Shown here: piece after piece, positions 41,891-53,396 of the stretch
Layout of the letters: each line of letters starts with the position of its first letter
Numbering within the stretch: the stretch's first letter is position 1
Source: Malacoraja senta
Taxonomy: Eukaryota
NCBI GenBank assembly: GCA_038087875.1
Contig: CM075991.1
Location: 5,146,001 to 5,210,000, forward strand
Length of the DNA stretch: 64,000 nt
Direction of reading: 5' to 3'
Notes under the pieces: generated by a model
Database searches by the model: none
Told to the model about the DNA's origin: nothing
The model's input: the letters and a program-made list of their open reading frames with translations, nothing else
Program-made: the position numbers and the translations under genes

Positions 41891-42302
41891 AGATCCGCAA
41901 ATCATTCGTATCACCCGTTAACACTGAAACCGTTCTCTGTCCGGTCAGGAATTTAGTGTGAGGCGACGGGAGGGAGGTTGACCCTCGCACTGCAGTGGGC
42001 TGTTGACATAGACATGGTTGATGTATAATAAAAATTAGATGTCTTTAGCCTGGCCACTGCAAGTGATTCTTTTGAACTGCAAAGCCAAAGAATAGACAGG
42101 GTGAATGCACAGAGCCTTTTACCCAGGGTAGGGGAATCAAGGACCAGAGGACATAGGTCTATGGTGAGAGGGAAAATTTAATAGGAACCTGAGGGGCACC
42201 TTTTTCACTCAGAGGACGATGGATATATGGAACGAGCTGCCAGAGAAGTTAGTTGCGGCAGGGTCTATAACAACATTTAAAAGACACTTGTTCAGGTACA
42301 TG

Positions 42303-42392
42303 GTAGACAAAAATGCTGGAGAAACTCAGCGGGTGAGGCAGCATCTACGGAGCGAAGGAAATAGGCGACGTTTCGGGTCGAGAACCTTCTTC
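42303..42392 (-). mobile_element. Truncated Penelope pLTR unit with TSD inside CR1
   Basis: Flanked by AGACACTT(G/C)TTCAGGTACATG (42282-42302, 42393-42413). Confidence 0.7.
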
Positions 42393-42857
42393 AGACACTT
42401 CTTCAGGTACATGATAGGAAAGGTTTAGAGGGATATGGGTCAAATGTGGGCAAAATGGACAAGCTTAGATGGGATATCTTGGTCACCATGGATGGGTTGG
42501 GCCACACTGCTTGTTTCCATGCTGTACGACTGTGACTGTCAAACTGAGCAGAACTAGATAGCTGTGCAGCAGTTAGTGCGACTGCCTCAACAGCTCCAGT
42601 TACCGCCGGCACTACCGGGTTCCATCCTGACCTCCATGTGGATGTTGGTGGTTCTCCCTGTGATCGGGTGGGCTTCCTTTCAGTGCTCCAGTTAATTCCC
42701 ACATCGCAAAAATGTGTCGGTCGGTATAACCCTGTAAATTGTCCGGAGCGTAGGTGAGTGGTAGAGTCTCGGGGATGTTGATGGGAATGCAGAGAGAATA
42801 ACTTGAGATCAATAATCCAAGGATTCAATGATACTTTATTGTCACATGTAGCTAGGT

Positions 42858-43310
42858 TCCGAATACATTTCAAGATCCTTCTTTATGTCTACAAAGCCCT
42901 TAACGGGCTTGCCCCCAGCTACATTAAAAGTCGGCTTACCCACCACACCACCTCCAGGTCCCTCAGATCGTCCGACTTGGGGTTACTGAACATCCCGCGG
43001 TCTAGGCATAAGCTCTGGGGCGACCACTCCTTTGCGGTTGCAGCTCCTAAACTGTGGAACAGCATCCCTCTTCCCATCAGAACTGCCCCCTCCATCTACT
43101 CTTTTACATCGAGACTTAAAACTCATCTTTACTCTCAAGCCTTTCTTGACGTCCTCTGAGTGTGGGCTATATGTATATATTTATGTATGTACTTAATCCA
43201 TGAACCCCTGTTGTATAACGTTAGTACCTCCACCAATGTAAAGCACTTTGGCCAACGAGAGTTGTTTTTTAAATGTGCTATATAAATAAAAGTGACTTGA
43301 CTTGACTTGA
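42858..43310 (+). mobile_element. L2 LINE 3' end (ORF2 C-terminus + tail)
   Basis: Open frame RIHFKILLYVYKALNGLAPSYI...RSLRSSD...SFAVAAPKLWNSIP..IR..FTSRLKTHLY; AATAAA + (GACTT)n tail; TSD CTAGGT (42852-42857, 43311-43316). Confidence 0.88.
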
Positions 43311-44184
43311 CTAGGTGCAGTGAAATGCTTTGTTTTGCATCTCGGTAGATCTCACCGAGGCAATACATAAGTGTCGCCATGTTTTGGCACCAACAAAGTT
43401 ACAAAAGTTCACTGAATAATCCCATCTACAATCCTAGCCTTCATGCTCATGTTATCCACTGCAGCCATCTGCACTAATACCATCTACCTGAATTAATTCC
43501 TTCATGCTCAAGCATTGGCGATTCATGTATTTGTCTCAATGCTTCTTACTGTAAATGTTGGGAGAGTAACCGATTCAAAGCATCCACCCAGAGTGAGGAA
43601 AACAGAACCTCATTGTAAAATCCAAAATCTTGATTTCCATTCCTTCTACTCCCCTCGCCTCTCCCTACCTCCATAACTTTGTCCAGTTCCATATTATCCT
43701 CACCCGAGAAATCTCTGCACCCCCAAATGTAAATACCACTTAGGCCAAAAGCCTTGGAATTCCTTAACTCCACCTCTTATTCTCCCTTTAAGATTCTGTA
43801 ACTTCCCCCACACATCTCCTTTAAATGTTCCCCCTCTAACCTTCAAGCTACGCCCTCTTGTCCTTGACATTTCCACCCTGGGGAAAAGATTCTGACTGCC
43901 TACGCCTATCTACGCCTGACGAAGTGCAGATGCCAGGAATGTACTTTGCTGAAAGATGGGTATCCCGTCAAAATGTGCCACCATGCGTGTGCCAGCTTGA
44001 AGCCCGCATCATTGGTGGGAGTGTAGACGGTGGCAATGTCCCTTTAATTGGAAACGCTGACATCATCCCACTTCATGAAACTATTACTCCCTGATATATT
44101 ACCTTAGCATCCGTGCCAGTCTTTGAAAAATTAGCTTGCGTTTGGAGGCATGTGAACTTTTCCTTTCATTTATCCTGCTGTTGC

Positions 44185-44391
44185 AAACAGGACCATGAGC
44201 AACATCTGGTGACCATCAGTACGCCTGAGGAATTAGTTACCTGTGTGTTGTGTTCCTGCATCTGGCCAAATCGTGTTGGGTGCAATTAGAAAAATTGTTC
44301 AGAGGGCTGTTGTAGTGAGAAAGCACAACCCCAAGAAACAAACTGGTCCCAAGGTCCCGTCATAGTGCAGGGGTCAGCAGCGGTGAGTTTA
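44185..44391 (+). repeat. Probable donor copy of the ~208-bp duplication
   Basis: Continuous with unique upstream sequence, unlike the 39678 copy. Confidence 0.9.
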
Positions 44392-44715
44392 ATTTAGTTT
44401 AGTTTAGTTTAGAGATACAGCGCGGAAACAGGCCCTTCGGCCCACTGAGTCACACAGAGCAATCCCCGCACACCCGCACAAAAACACTTTCCTACACATG
44501 CTTGGGACAATTATTAAACGTATACCAAGCCAATTAACCCACAAACCTGTACATCTTTATAGTGTAGGAGGAAACCGGAGATCTTGGAGAAAACCCACGC
44601 AGGTCACGGGGAGAAGGTACAATCTCCGTACAGATAGCACCCGTTGTCGGAATCGAACCGGGGTCTCCGGTCGTTGCAAGCGCAGTAAGGCAGCAACTCT
44701 ACCGCTGTGCCACCG
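44388..44715 (-). mobile_element. V-SINE (HE1-like)
   Basis: Full-length reverse copy adjoining 44185-44391. Confidence 0.85.
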
Positions 44716-47675
44716 AGTGAGAGGGGGGGGTTCTATGTCCAAAACCTGTGGGTCAAGACCCACACAGTGGCTGAAACATAGAAATGTTGCAGCGAGAGAG
44801 TGCTGTGCTGTTGGCGAGAGGTGTTTTTCAGAAAATGACCTTAAGTCATGAAGTTAAGTTAATGCTCCTTTTGCCCTGGCAGCTGGACAATGCAATTTCA
44901 AAACACGGGCAGCGTTCCAGTAAGCCTTGGCCCAAAATACATCCGCCCCCCCCCCCCCCCCCCATCATTGTCATTAACAATTCGCCCTTGTGGGTTATTT
45001 ATCAACTGCTGTTTGTAGTATCCTGCTGTGCTTACATAATGTAACGATAACAATTTCCAGCTACACAGCACTTGAGATGCGAGAGATGCAATAGAGTAGG
45101 GTGGCACAGTGGCGCAGTTGGTAGAGCTGCTGCTTCACAGCATCAGGGTCCCGAGTTCGATCCTGACCTCGGGTGTTTTTTCTTTAGAGATACAGCGCAG
45201 AAACGGGCCCTCAGCCCAACGAGTCCGCACCAACCATCGACCACCCCTGTACACTAGCTCTATCCTACACACTAAGGAAAATTTCCAATTTTACCGAAGC
45301 CAATTAACCTACAAACCTGTGCGCCTATGGAGTGTCGGAGGAAACTAGAGCACTGGAGAAAACCCATGCGGTCACTGGGAGAACATACAAATTCTGTACA
45401 GACAGCACCCGTTGTCAGGATCGAACCTGGGTCTCCGGTTTTATAAGGGAGCAGCTCTACTGTTGCACCAATGTGCCGTCCACAAAGAAGTAGGCTGTCT
45501 CTGTGGAGTTTGCACATTCTCCCCATGACAGCAAGGGTTTCCTCTGGGTGTTCCGGTTTCCTCCCACATCCCAAAGATGTGCGGGTTTGTAGGTTAATTG
45601 GCCTATGTAAATTGCCCCAAGGGTGTAGGGATGAGAAAGTGGGATGAAATAGAACTAAATGTGATCAATGATCAGCATAGACTCGTTGGGCCAAAGAGCC
45701 TGTTTCTATGCTGTGTCACTAAAATAAAGTAAATGCAAAATTGTTTTTCCTTGACTTAGCTCCAAGTTATTCCTATCATTTGGTACAGTTACTCCCAAGG
45801 AAAAGACTTCTATTCCAGGGAACACTTCTATTCAAGGGAATGACAGAAAATATCAGAGTAACGCATCGGGTCGGGTAGAATCCCTGGAGGGGTCCCAACC
45901 CGAAATGTCACATATCCATCTTCCCTTCTCCAGGGATGCTGCCTGACCCGTTGAGTTACTCCAGCATTATCTTCGGGGACAGGACAAAGCCTGGCAAGTG
46001 ATAGTTGCGCCTTTCCTTGGTAAATCAGCATCTGCAATTCCTTGTTTCTACATTTCCATTCCAGAGTATTGTTGGTTCATAAGTTCATAAATCATAGGAG
46101 CAGAATTAGGCCATTCGGCCCATCAAGTCTACGCCACTATTCAATCATGGCTGCTCTATCTTTCCCTCTCAACCCCATACTCTTGCCTTCTTCCCATAAC
46201 CTATTGAGATAGAAATAAGGAAATGCGCAGAGTGCCCAAGTGTGATGAGGTTTCAGTGACTTTTCAACGGTCACTGTAGTTTTTTTGATGAGAAGCAGCA
46301 GTCAACTGCCCATGCAGATCTTCCTGAAGTTAGAGTTACTACTCAGGTCAGTGCGTCAGAAGAATGCACCATTACATCGAACCAAGATGGCGGCCAATAC
46401 AGGCGACTCTGTGTGTTAGTCACAGACATGTATCTGCAATCACGCATTGCAATCGCTCCACGCTTTTAAAACTCTTCTCCGACAGCAATTTTTCTTTATC
46501 TTGCACTGAACATTATTCACGTTAATCCCTTTGTCATGATGGCTCGATTTTAGTCGCGTATTGTCTGCCAAGCAGCCAGCGGAAACTTTGCACTGTACCT
46601 GATGTCACTTGAGGACACATGACAATGAACTAAATGTGTAGGAAGGAACTGCAGATGCTGGTTTAAACCGAAGATAGACACAGGGAGCTGGAGTAACTCA
46701 GCGGGACAGGCAGCATCTCTGGAGAGAAGGAATGGGCGACGTTTTGGGTCGAGATTCTTCTTCGTACACAATATACTAAACTCAACTAACCTTTGATACC
46801 CTTACTAATCAAGAAGGTTCATTTAAAAGGCTGCGGAACTTGACTCCGTTTCACAAGCTGCTCCAGGTGAGGCCAGTTCTTTCTTCACCTTCACACCTTC
46901 AGAACAGGACATATGTCCCTCGGTCTGTTGAGAAGTTCGCTGTCGACAGTGTAAGTGTGGGAGTGTTCTCCTGAAACCAAAAAACGCTCGCTTTTGTTGC
47001 TGTTGGGAAATGCAACCAGGGCCTCATTATCGATAAAAATCTCGCGGACGGAAAGGGAAGTCTACTAAATAATGGTGCATTTTTTTGCAAAGTGATTGCA
47101 ATGGTGTGATAAAGATTTGTTGCTTTCTGGAAGCGTTCAAATCCCTACTGGTTGCATTTCAGGACAACTAAACAGGAATTACTCTGCCCTTTTAACTCAT
47201 TGCCCCACCAGTTGGAAACCAAACTTTTTTTCAAAAGAAGAAAAGTTTGTATGCGCGAGTTTACAATATTTACATCATTCCCAATTCATTATTTACAGAG
47301 TGTATGTCAAAGTAATACTTTGCCGTCCTTGTCCAGGATGCACTCCAGCCCCCACGGCCCCCACCCATCTCAGAAGTTCTCCAGAGATCCAGTGGAAACT
47401 GTGTGTTCCCTCTGCAGGGAACAGACATACCTTGGCAAAGGGGTCTGTTTGTTTGAGCAGAACCCCTCAACGGCCGACTGCCTTGATCCCGGAAAACATA
47501 CCTCAGGGCAATGTGGAATGATTCAATGATACTTTACTGTCGCATGTACCTAGGTACAGTGAAGTGATTTGTTTTCCATACATCCCGGTAAAATCATACA
47601 GCAGACCTCACCTTGGAACAGAAGTGTCGCCATGTATTGGTGCCGACAAAGTTACAAAAGTTCACCATGACCACT

Positions 47676-48527
47676 AGGGGCGCTGCATGATGGTTGCCCC
47701 TGCCTTCAGTCTGTCTGTTTTTCCATCCTTTTTTATTTTTATTCTGTTTAAAAGTATGTTTTAGAGATTTCTTTAGTATTTTTATGTGGGGGAGGTGGGC
47801 AGGGTGAGGGGGAAACCATTTCTCAGTCATTTCCTGGCGAGGATGCGACTATTCTCTGAGGCGTCCTCACACACCCCCCCCCCCCTCCCCCTACTGGATT
47901 GGTGCGGCCTTTCCTGCTGGAGACCGGACCAGAGCGAGCTTCAGCGGCGGTGCAGCACTGGATTGATCGCGGAGCGGGCGATGCCTTACCGGGGATCGCC
48001 GTGTTGAACCTCTGGAGTGTTGGGCCTGCTGCTTCAACATCGTGGAGCTGTGGTTTGCGGAGCTCCCAGCCGCGGGCGGCGCTGATTTCAACATCGCGGA
48101 GTCCTGGGATCCCTTTGCCGAAGGCCGCCAGTGTGAATCTCCGCCCGCCTCCGCCTTCGGGAGCTGTGGTCTCCGGTAAGAAGCGGCCGATTCGGAGTTC
48201 CAAGCCGCTAAGGATGTTCTACCGTTCCGACGTTGGAGTTCCATCATCCCGGCGAGAGGGCCTGTACATCGGGCCGCCCGTAGTGGCGATTGTGGAGGGC
48301 TCGGGAGGCCCCCGACCACGGGTGAACAACAAGGGGGAGGATGACTGAACTTTGGTGCCTTCCCTCACAGTGGGAATGTTTGATTCCACTGTGTGGGATG
48401 TTGATGTTAAAGACTATCGTGTGTTGTGTTCTTTTTTATTCATATGGCTGTATGGTGACCCCCTAATTTCACTGTACCAATTGGTGCTTGTGACAATAAA
48501 TGTCTCTTGATCTTGATCTTGATCTCG
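47676..48527 (+). mobile_element. Same retroposon family, longer CpG-rich core
   Basis: Head GGGCGCTGCATGATGGTTGCCCCTGCCTTCAGTCTGTCTG; repeated CAACATCG(T/C)GGAG; tail GTGACAATAAA..(TCTTGA)n. Confidence 0.65.
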
Positions 48528-48964
48528 AACAGTTCTATCTATCGACTGCTGCCTCACTGTGCCCGAGACGGTGGACGGTGCTGTCCATGTGGAGTTTGCA
48601 CCCCCACAAATTCAAAGAATTTGCAAACTAATCAAAGAAATACGGATCAATTTTCTCTCCCCACAGATTAATGTGACCTGAGGGTCATTCTTGGAATCAA
48701 CATCTAATGTGCAAACCTCAGAATTAAAGTCACATGCAATGTGGGCGTGCAGCTCCATCTGGTGGCCTTGCCTCCACCTAAAAGTTATAAGGAAGAGGCA
48801 CAAAGGATTCACTCAGTGGGACAGGCAGCATCTCGGGATAGAAGGAATGGGTGACATTTTGGGTCGAGACACTTCTGTCCCGCTGAGTTACTCCAGCATG
48901 TTGTGTCTATTTTCGATGTAAACAAGCATTTGCAGTTCCTTCCTACTCAAAAGATTCAGTTGGA

Positions 48965-49230
48965 CATAATAATAATAGATTTTATTTATGGGTGCCTTTC
49001 ACACCTCAAGGACACCTTACAGATTTTACAGTAAAAACATGTAAGCGGAATAAAATAAATAATAAAGACATCACATGTACACAAATTAAAAACAGAATTC
49101 AATCCGAACACAAAAATCAAAAACACAGTATGGAAGAGAGAGCAGCGGCTGCTAATACGCGCCAGCGTCCACTCCCCCTTCCAGCAGCCATAGACATAGA
49201 CAACAACCTGGCTGCTCCACACCCGGCTTG
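48965..49230 (-). mobile_element. L2-tailed retroposon 3' end
   Basis: Minus strand TGTAAGGTGTCCTTGAGGTGTGAAAGGCACCCATAAATAAAATC(TAT)n. Confidence 0.55.
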
Positions 49231-49469
49231 AGATCTAACTATTCCTTTGGTTTATGTTTCATTTGCAAGAAGAAGTTGGACTGTGATAGGCACAAAATAC
49301 TGGAGTAACTCAGCTGGTCAGGCAGCATCTCTGGAGAAAAGGAAAAGGTGACATTTTGGGTGGAAACACCTTCATCAGACTGCGTGACCCGCTGAATTAC
49401 TCCAGCATGTTGTGTCTATCTTTGGTGTAAACCAGCATCTGCAGTTCCTTCTTGCACACTTCTGTCGGA

Positions 49470-49630
49470 CGTTGCTGCGCCACTTTGTTCTTTGTAGAAA
49501 GATTTCTGCACAAAGTCACCTTTGACTACGAGTCCATCAGGAAGTGGTCAGCATGGAACATCTTGTAGACACTGCAGGAGGCGACACAATGGATCCCATG
49601 GGATGGTTCCTCAAAGAGACTATCGAGAAA
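49470..49630 (+). mobile_element. Degenerate Tx1-type LINE ORF2 fragment
   Basis: FVERFLHKVTFDYESIRKWSAWNIL*..MDPMGWF with stop and frameshift. Confidence 0.45.
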
Positions 49631-50050
49631 CAGGCAGCACAAAGGTGGAAGATGGTCGGGTCGAGGAGAGGGACGATGGTTCACGGAGCGACTGGACCGA
49701 GGCGATGGATGCAATGGGCCTTTAGGCCAGGTGAGGCAAGGACTGTGAAAATGGCACCAAAACCTGGCCTCCCTTGCCTTTAAACTCAGTGGGCTGTTTC
49801 TATGCATTCTATACTTAACCGGGGATTGCATTTAAGACTAGCATATGGCAATAGTCTTGCTGATCTGTACGCAAAAAAAGAATTCCACTGTATAGTAAAC
49901 CTGGCAATAACGGACCGAGGCTCGCGTTGCATCGTCTCCCCACTTACGCCAGGTTACACAAAGAGCTGGCGCCACCCGAGCCGGCAGCCTGCCTCTTTTC
50001 CGGTGTTACGTCCGCGCCCAGGTGGTACTGGAACGGGACAACGCGCTGTC

Positions 50051-50333
50051 CACCAAAGATCCGATAGCGGAGCAAGATAGATCACTCCTACTAAATGCAA
50101 TGGGCTGACATGTAGTAAGCAATGGAACAGAACGTGTGCCTTTTTTTCATCCATTTCCGTAACCCGACCCGACCCGACTCGCAGTGTAATCAACGTTGCG
50201 GGGAACAGTTTGTGTTAATAAATTAAAATTCTGAAAATGAGTGAAGATTTTTCCCAAATAACTTTGATTTTTACGAGGATGTTTCCGTAACTGGCTTCGG
50301 GCTCCGCGCTAGTATCCTATGGGATCCCTGGTG
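50051..50333. mobile_element. Putative short TIR DNA element, superfamily unassigned
   Basis: Imperfect inverted ends CACCAAAGATCCGATAG / CTATGGGATCCCTGGTG; no clear TSD. Confidence 0.4.
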
Positions 50334-51163
50334 CACCACATGTAGGGTGGCTTCCCACCCTGCCCAACCATCTGACTACCAAACAAAACCCTTGCCTGTG
50401 TTCACCTATTACCTGCCATGCTTTGTCCTGCCCCTCCACCCTTCCAGCTTCACCCATCCCCCTCCCCACATGCAACTGAAGAAGGGTCCAAACCTGAAAC
50501 ATTCCCCATCCATGTTCTCCGGAGATGCTGCCTAACCCATTGAGTCTTCTCTTTTCGTGTCTATCTTCCATGTTTCAAATGTTGACATCGCTGTCATCGT
50601 CCATCCTGAAAAGGACGCAAGCTTCCGGCGACAATCAGTGGGAACCATCACTTGTTGCAATAGATGATGGTGGTAGCAGAATTAGCTCAGGATACTTCCA
50701 GTTTCCAGCCCCGCGACGTGGACGCTTCTGCTAAGGGGCCACTCGTTGAGTAACTCCAGCACTTTGTATCTTAAGATTAATTCAGTGTCATATGGAACAT
50801 CACATCACATCCCACCTATCGGGACCAGGGCCATGGTTTACGCAGATACGTTAGCGGAGTTTAAGAGGCTTTAAGATGGATTCATGAATATAAAGGGCAT
50901 GGAGGTATACAGAGCATGCACAGGCAGATGGGATTAGGCATTATGTTTGGCACAGACGTTGTGGGCTGAGGGGCCTGTTACTTTGCTATGCTTCTCTATG
51001 TTCTTTGTTCTATGACACTGTGCCAGATCATTTGAAGATCTATTTACACCCAGTACCTGCTCCTGCCCCTTATACATACATTCTATCCTCTTCCAGTATT
51101 AATCATTTCACCTCATTGTTGCTGCCTATGGACTCTTAGTTCACTGGAACCTTCTATGCATGT

Positions 51164-51467
51164 GGCCTGTCCCACTGTACGAGGTTATTCAAGAGTTCTC
51201 CTGAGTTTCCCCTGATTCAAACTCGGAGAATTACGGTAATAGCCGTTCGTAGGTACTCGGGGCTCTCGTGGACATTTTTCACAGTGTTCAAAAAAACTTC
51301 ACTAGTTACCGCGTTTCCCGAGTACCTGCCGTTAGTATTACGAGCCACTACGAGACATCCACGAGCTCCGACGTAGCCGCTACGTACATTCTACGTACTT
51401 ACCACGAGTTTGATTTTTGTTGACTCGGGAGAGCTCTTGGGTAAACTCACATCGTGGGACAGGCCCT
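51164..51467. mobile_element. PIF/Harbinger-like MITE related to 24136-24492, followed by an extra partial arm (~51505-51620)
   Basis: GGCCTGTCCCACTGTACGAGG ... GTGGGACAGGCCCT ends; left arm closely matches the 24136 arm. Confidence 0.78.
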
Positions 51468-52084
51468 TTTTAGGCCCCAGTACCCCCCCGGAGTTCCCAC
51501 GGCTGGCATTACGAGCCGCTACAAAACATTTACGGACTCCATCGGGCTCCTACGAGCTCGCTACCAACACTACCCGACATTCCCCGAGTTCGAATCAAGT
51601 GGAAAACTCGGGAGAGTTTGTGAGTAATCAGTTAGAGCTGCTGCCTCACAGCAACAGTGACCCAGGTTTGATTCTATCTGTGTGGAGTTTGCACGATCTC
51701 CCCGTGACTGCATGGGTTTCCCCCAGATCTCTGGTTTCCTCTTACAACCCATGGACATGTTGGCAGGTTAATTGGCTGCTCTAAATTGCCCCTATTGCTG
51801 ATGGGGTGGCAGGGGAATTGGGCGGGTGGAAGAGAATAGGTTGCAGGGAAATAAGTGGAGGAATAGGATCGACGAGCTGGCTCTATGAGCCGGAATAGAC
51901 TTGATGGGTTGAATGGCCTCCTACATTGTAAGGTAATATGCCTACATGCTCTTTTGTAGCACAGCTGGCATTTTCCACTTAGCAAGATCGCACAACTAAG
52001 CAGCCAGGAGATCTGACTCTGCTGGTGTTCACTGTGGGATAGAGATTCAGCAGGAAATAATGCGACATTTCAAACTGATGTGGA

Positions 52085-53000
52085 GGGGGCCACAGCCGGG
52101 GTGGGGTGGGGGAGGCTCAGTCAGAACAGGATCAGGGGGAGAATCAGTCAAGGCTGGGAAAGGGGGAGAAATCAGTCAGGAGTGGGGGGATACAGTTTGA
52201 TCTGGGGAGGGGGGGGATGACTCAGAGCAGGGGGGTCAGAAAGAGTTTGGGGGGCGCCAGTCCGGGGTAGGTGGGTGGGTGGGGAGGAAGAATCAGTGAG
52301 GGCTGGGAGGGGTAAATCAGTCAGGACTGGATTAGGGGGGGAAACAGTCACTGGCAGGATGGGGGGTGGGGGTGGTCAGTCAGGGGTGAATCAGTCAGGG
52401 GTGGGGGAGTTGGAGTCAGTCAGGGTGGGAAGGGTAAATCAGTCTGGGGTTGGAATAAGTCAGGGCTGGGATTATCAGTCGGGGCTGGATGGGGGAAAAC
52501 AGTCAAGAGTAGTTGGGGGTTTATCAGTCAGGGCTGGATACGGGGAAAAGAGTCATGGGCTGTTGGGGTCAGTCAGAGGGCAGGATGGGGGGAGAATCAG
52601 TCAGTGGGGTTGGAGGGTAGTCAGTGAGGGGTGGGAATGAGTCAGGATTGAGTCTGTGGAATTCTCTGCCTCAGAGGGCAGTGGAGGCCGGTTCTCTGGA
52701 TGCTTTCAAGAGAGAGCTCTTAAAAATAGCGGAGTCAGGGGATATGGGGAGAAGGCAGGAACGGGGTACTGATTGGGGTTGATCAGCCATGATCATATTG
52801 AATGGCGGTGCTGGCTCGAAGGGCCAAATGGCCTACTCCTGCACCTATTGATTGTCTATTGATTGGGGGTTAATCAGTCAGGGCTGCCTGACAGGAGTAG
52901 TTGGGGGGGGAATCAGTCAGTGGGTCAGGGGAGGGGGTGGTCAGTCTGGGGGGGGGGGGGAGGGGGAGGGAAGGGGGTCAGTCAGGGCTGGGAGGGGTTA
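52085..53000 (+). repeat. G-rich degenerate minisatellite (TCAGTCAGGG-based), interrupted by a CR1 3' fragment at ~52650-52860
   Basis: Many copies of (aa)tcagtcaggg followed by G-runs. Confidence 0.85.
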
Positions 53001-53252
53001 CCACCGGCCAAGTGGGAAGCTGCGCGGCAGCGAGTGTGCCGGCGGGTCCTAGCGCCCGCCGCCGCTCTGCTCCTGCACAGTTTCGCGTCTGTCAAACTTT
53101 TCGAGCACGTTCGTCGCCAAAGAGAAAACTGCTCGTAACAGCGGGCGGAGCAATCGGTAAACCCCCGCCGGTGCGCTCAGACACCTGGTGACAACCCTCC
53201 CGGTGGCCTGGCCCTTTAAGAGTTCCAGGAGGGGGTTGGATCTGGTGACATT

Positions 53253-53285
<33 letters not shown>

Positions 53286-53293
53286 AAGTTAAC
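53000..53293 (+). promoter_or_regulatory. CpG-rich proximal promoter / 5' UTR of the prenylcysteine oxidase gene
   Basis: Dense CpG in non-repeat sequence, GC box GGGCGG 53143-53148, ETS-like CAGGAAGT just before the ATG; TSS not determinable. Confidence 0.6.
53254..53283. repeat. (CA)n microsatellite just upstream of the start codon
   Basis: Direct observation. Confidence 0.9.
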
Positions 53294-53396
53294 ATGGTGA
53301 AGTTTGTACTTGTGAAGCTGCTCTCTCTTGCCTTGTGGCTGGGAAGAACCGCGACTGAGACACCCGAGGCAGACGTGATCCCACCGGGGAGGATAG
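53294..53396 (+). CDS. pcyox1l: Prenylcysteine oxidase coding exon 1 (signal peptide)
   Basis: aacATGG start; MVKFVLVKLLSLALWLGRTATETPEADVIPPGRI; donor G|GTAAAG at 53397, phase 1, joins exon 2 as PPGRI-AVIGAG. Confidence 0.88.

Noticed and set aside
47823..48348. Overlapping 126-149-aa GC-rich ORFs
   Set aside because: Stop-poor core of a repeat; not conserved between family copies.
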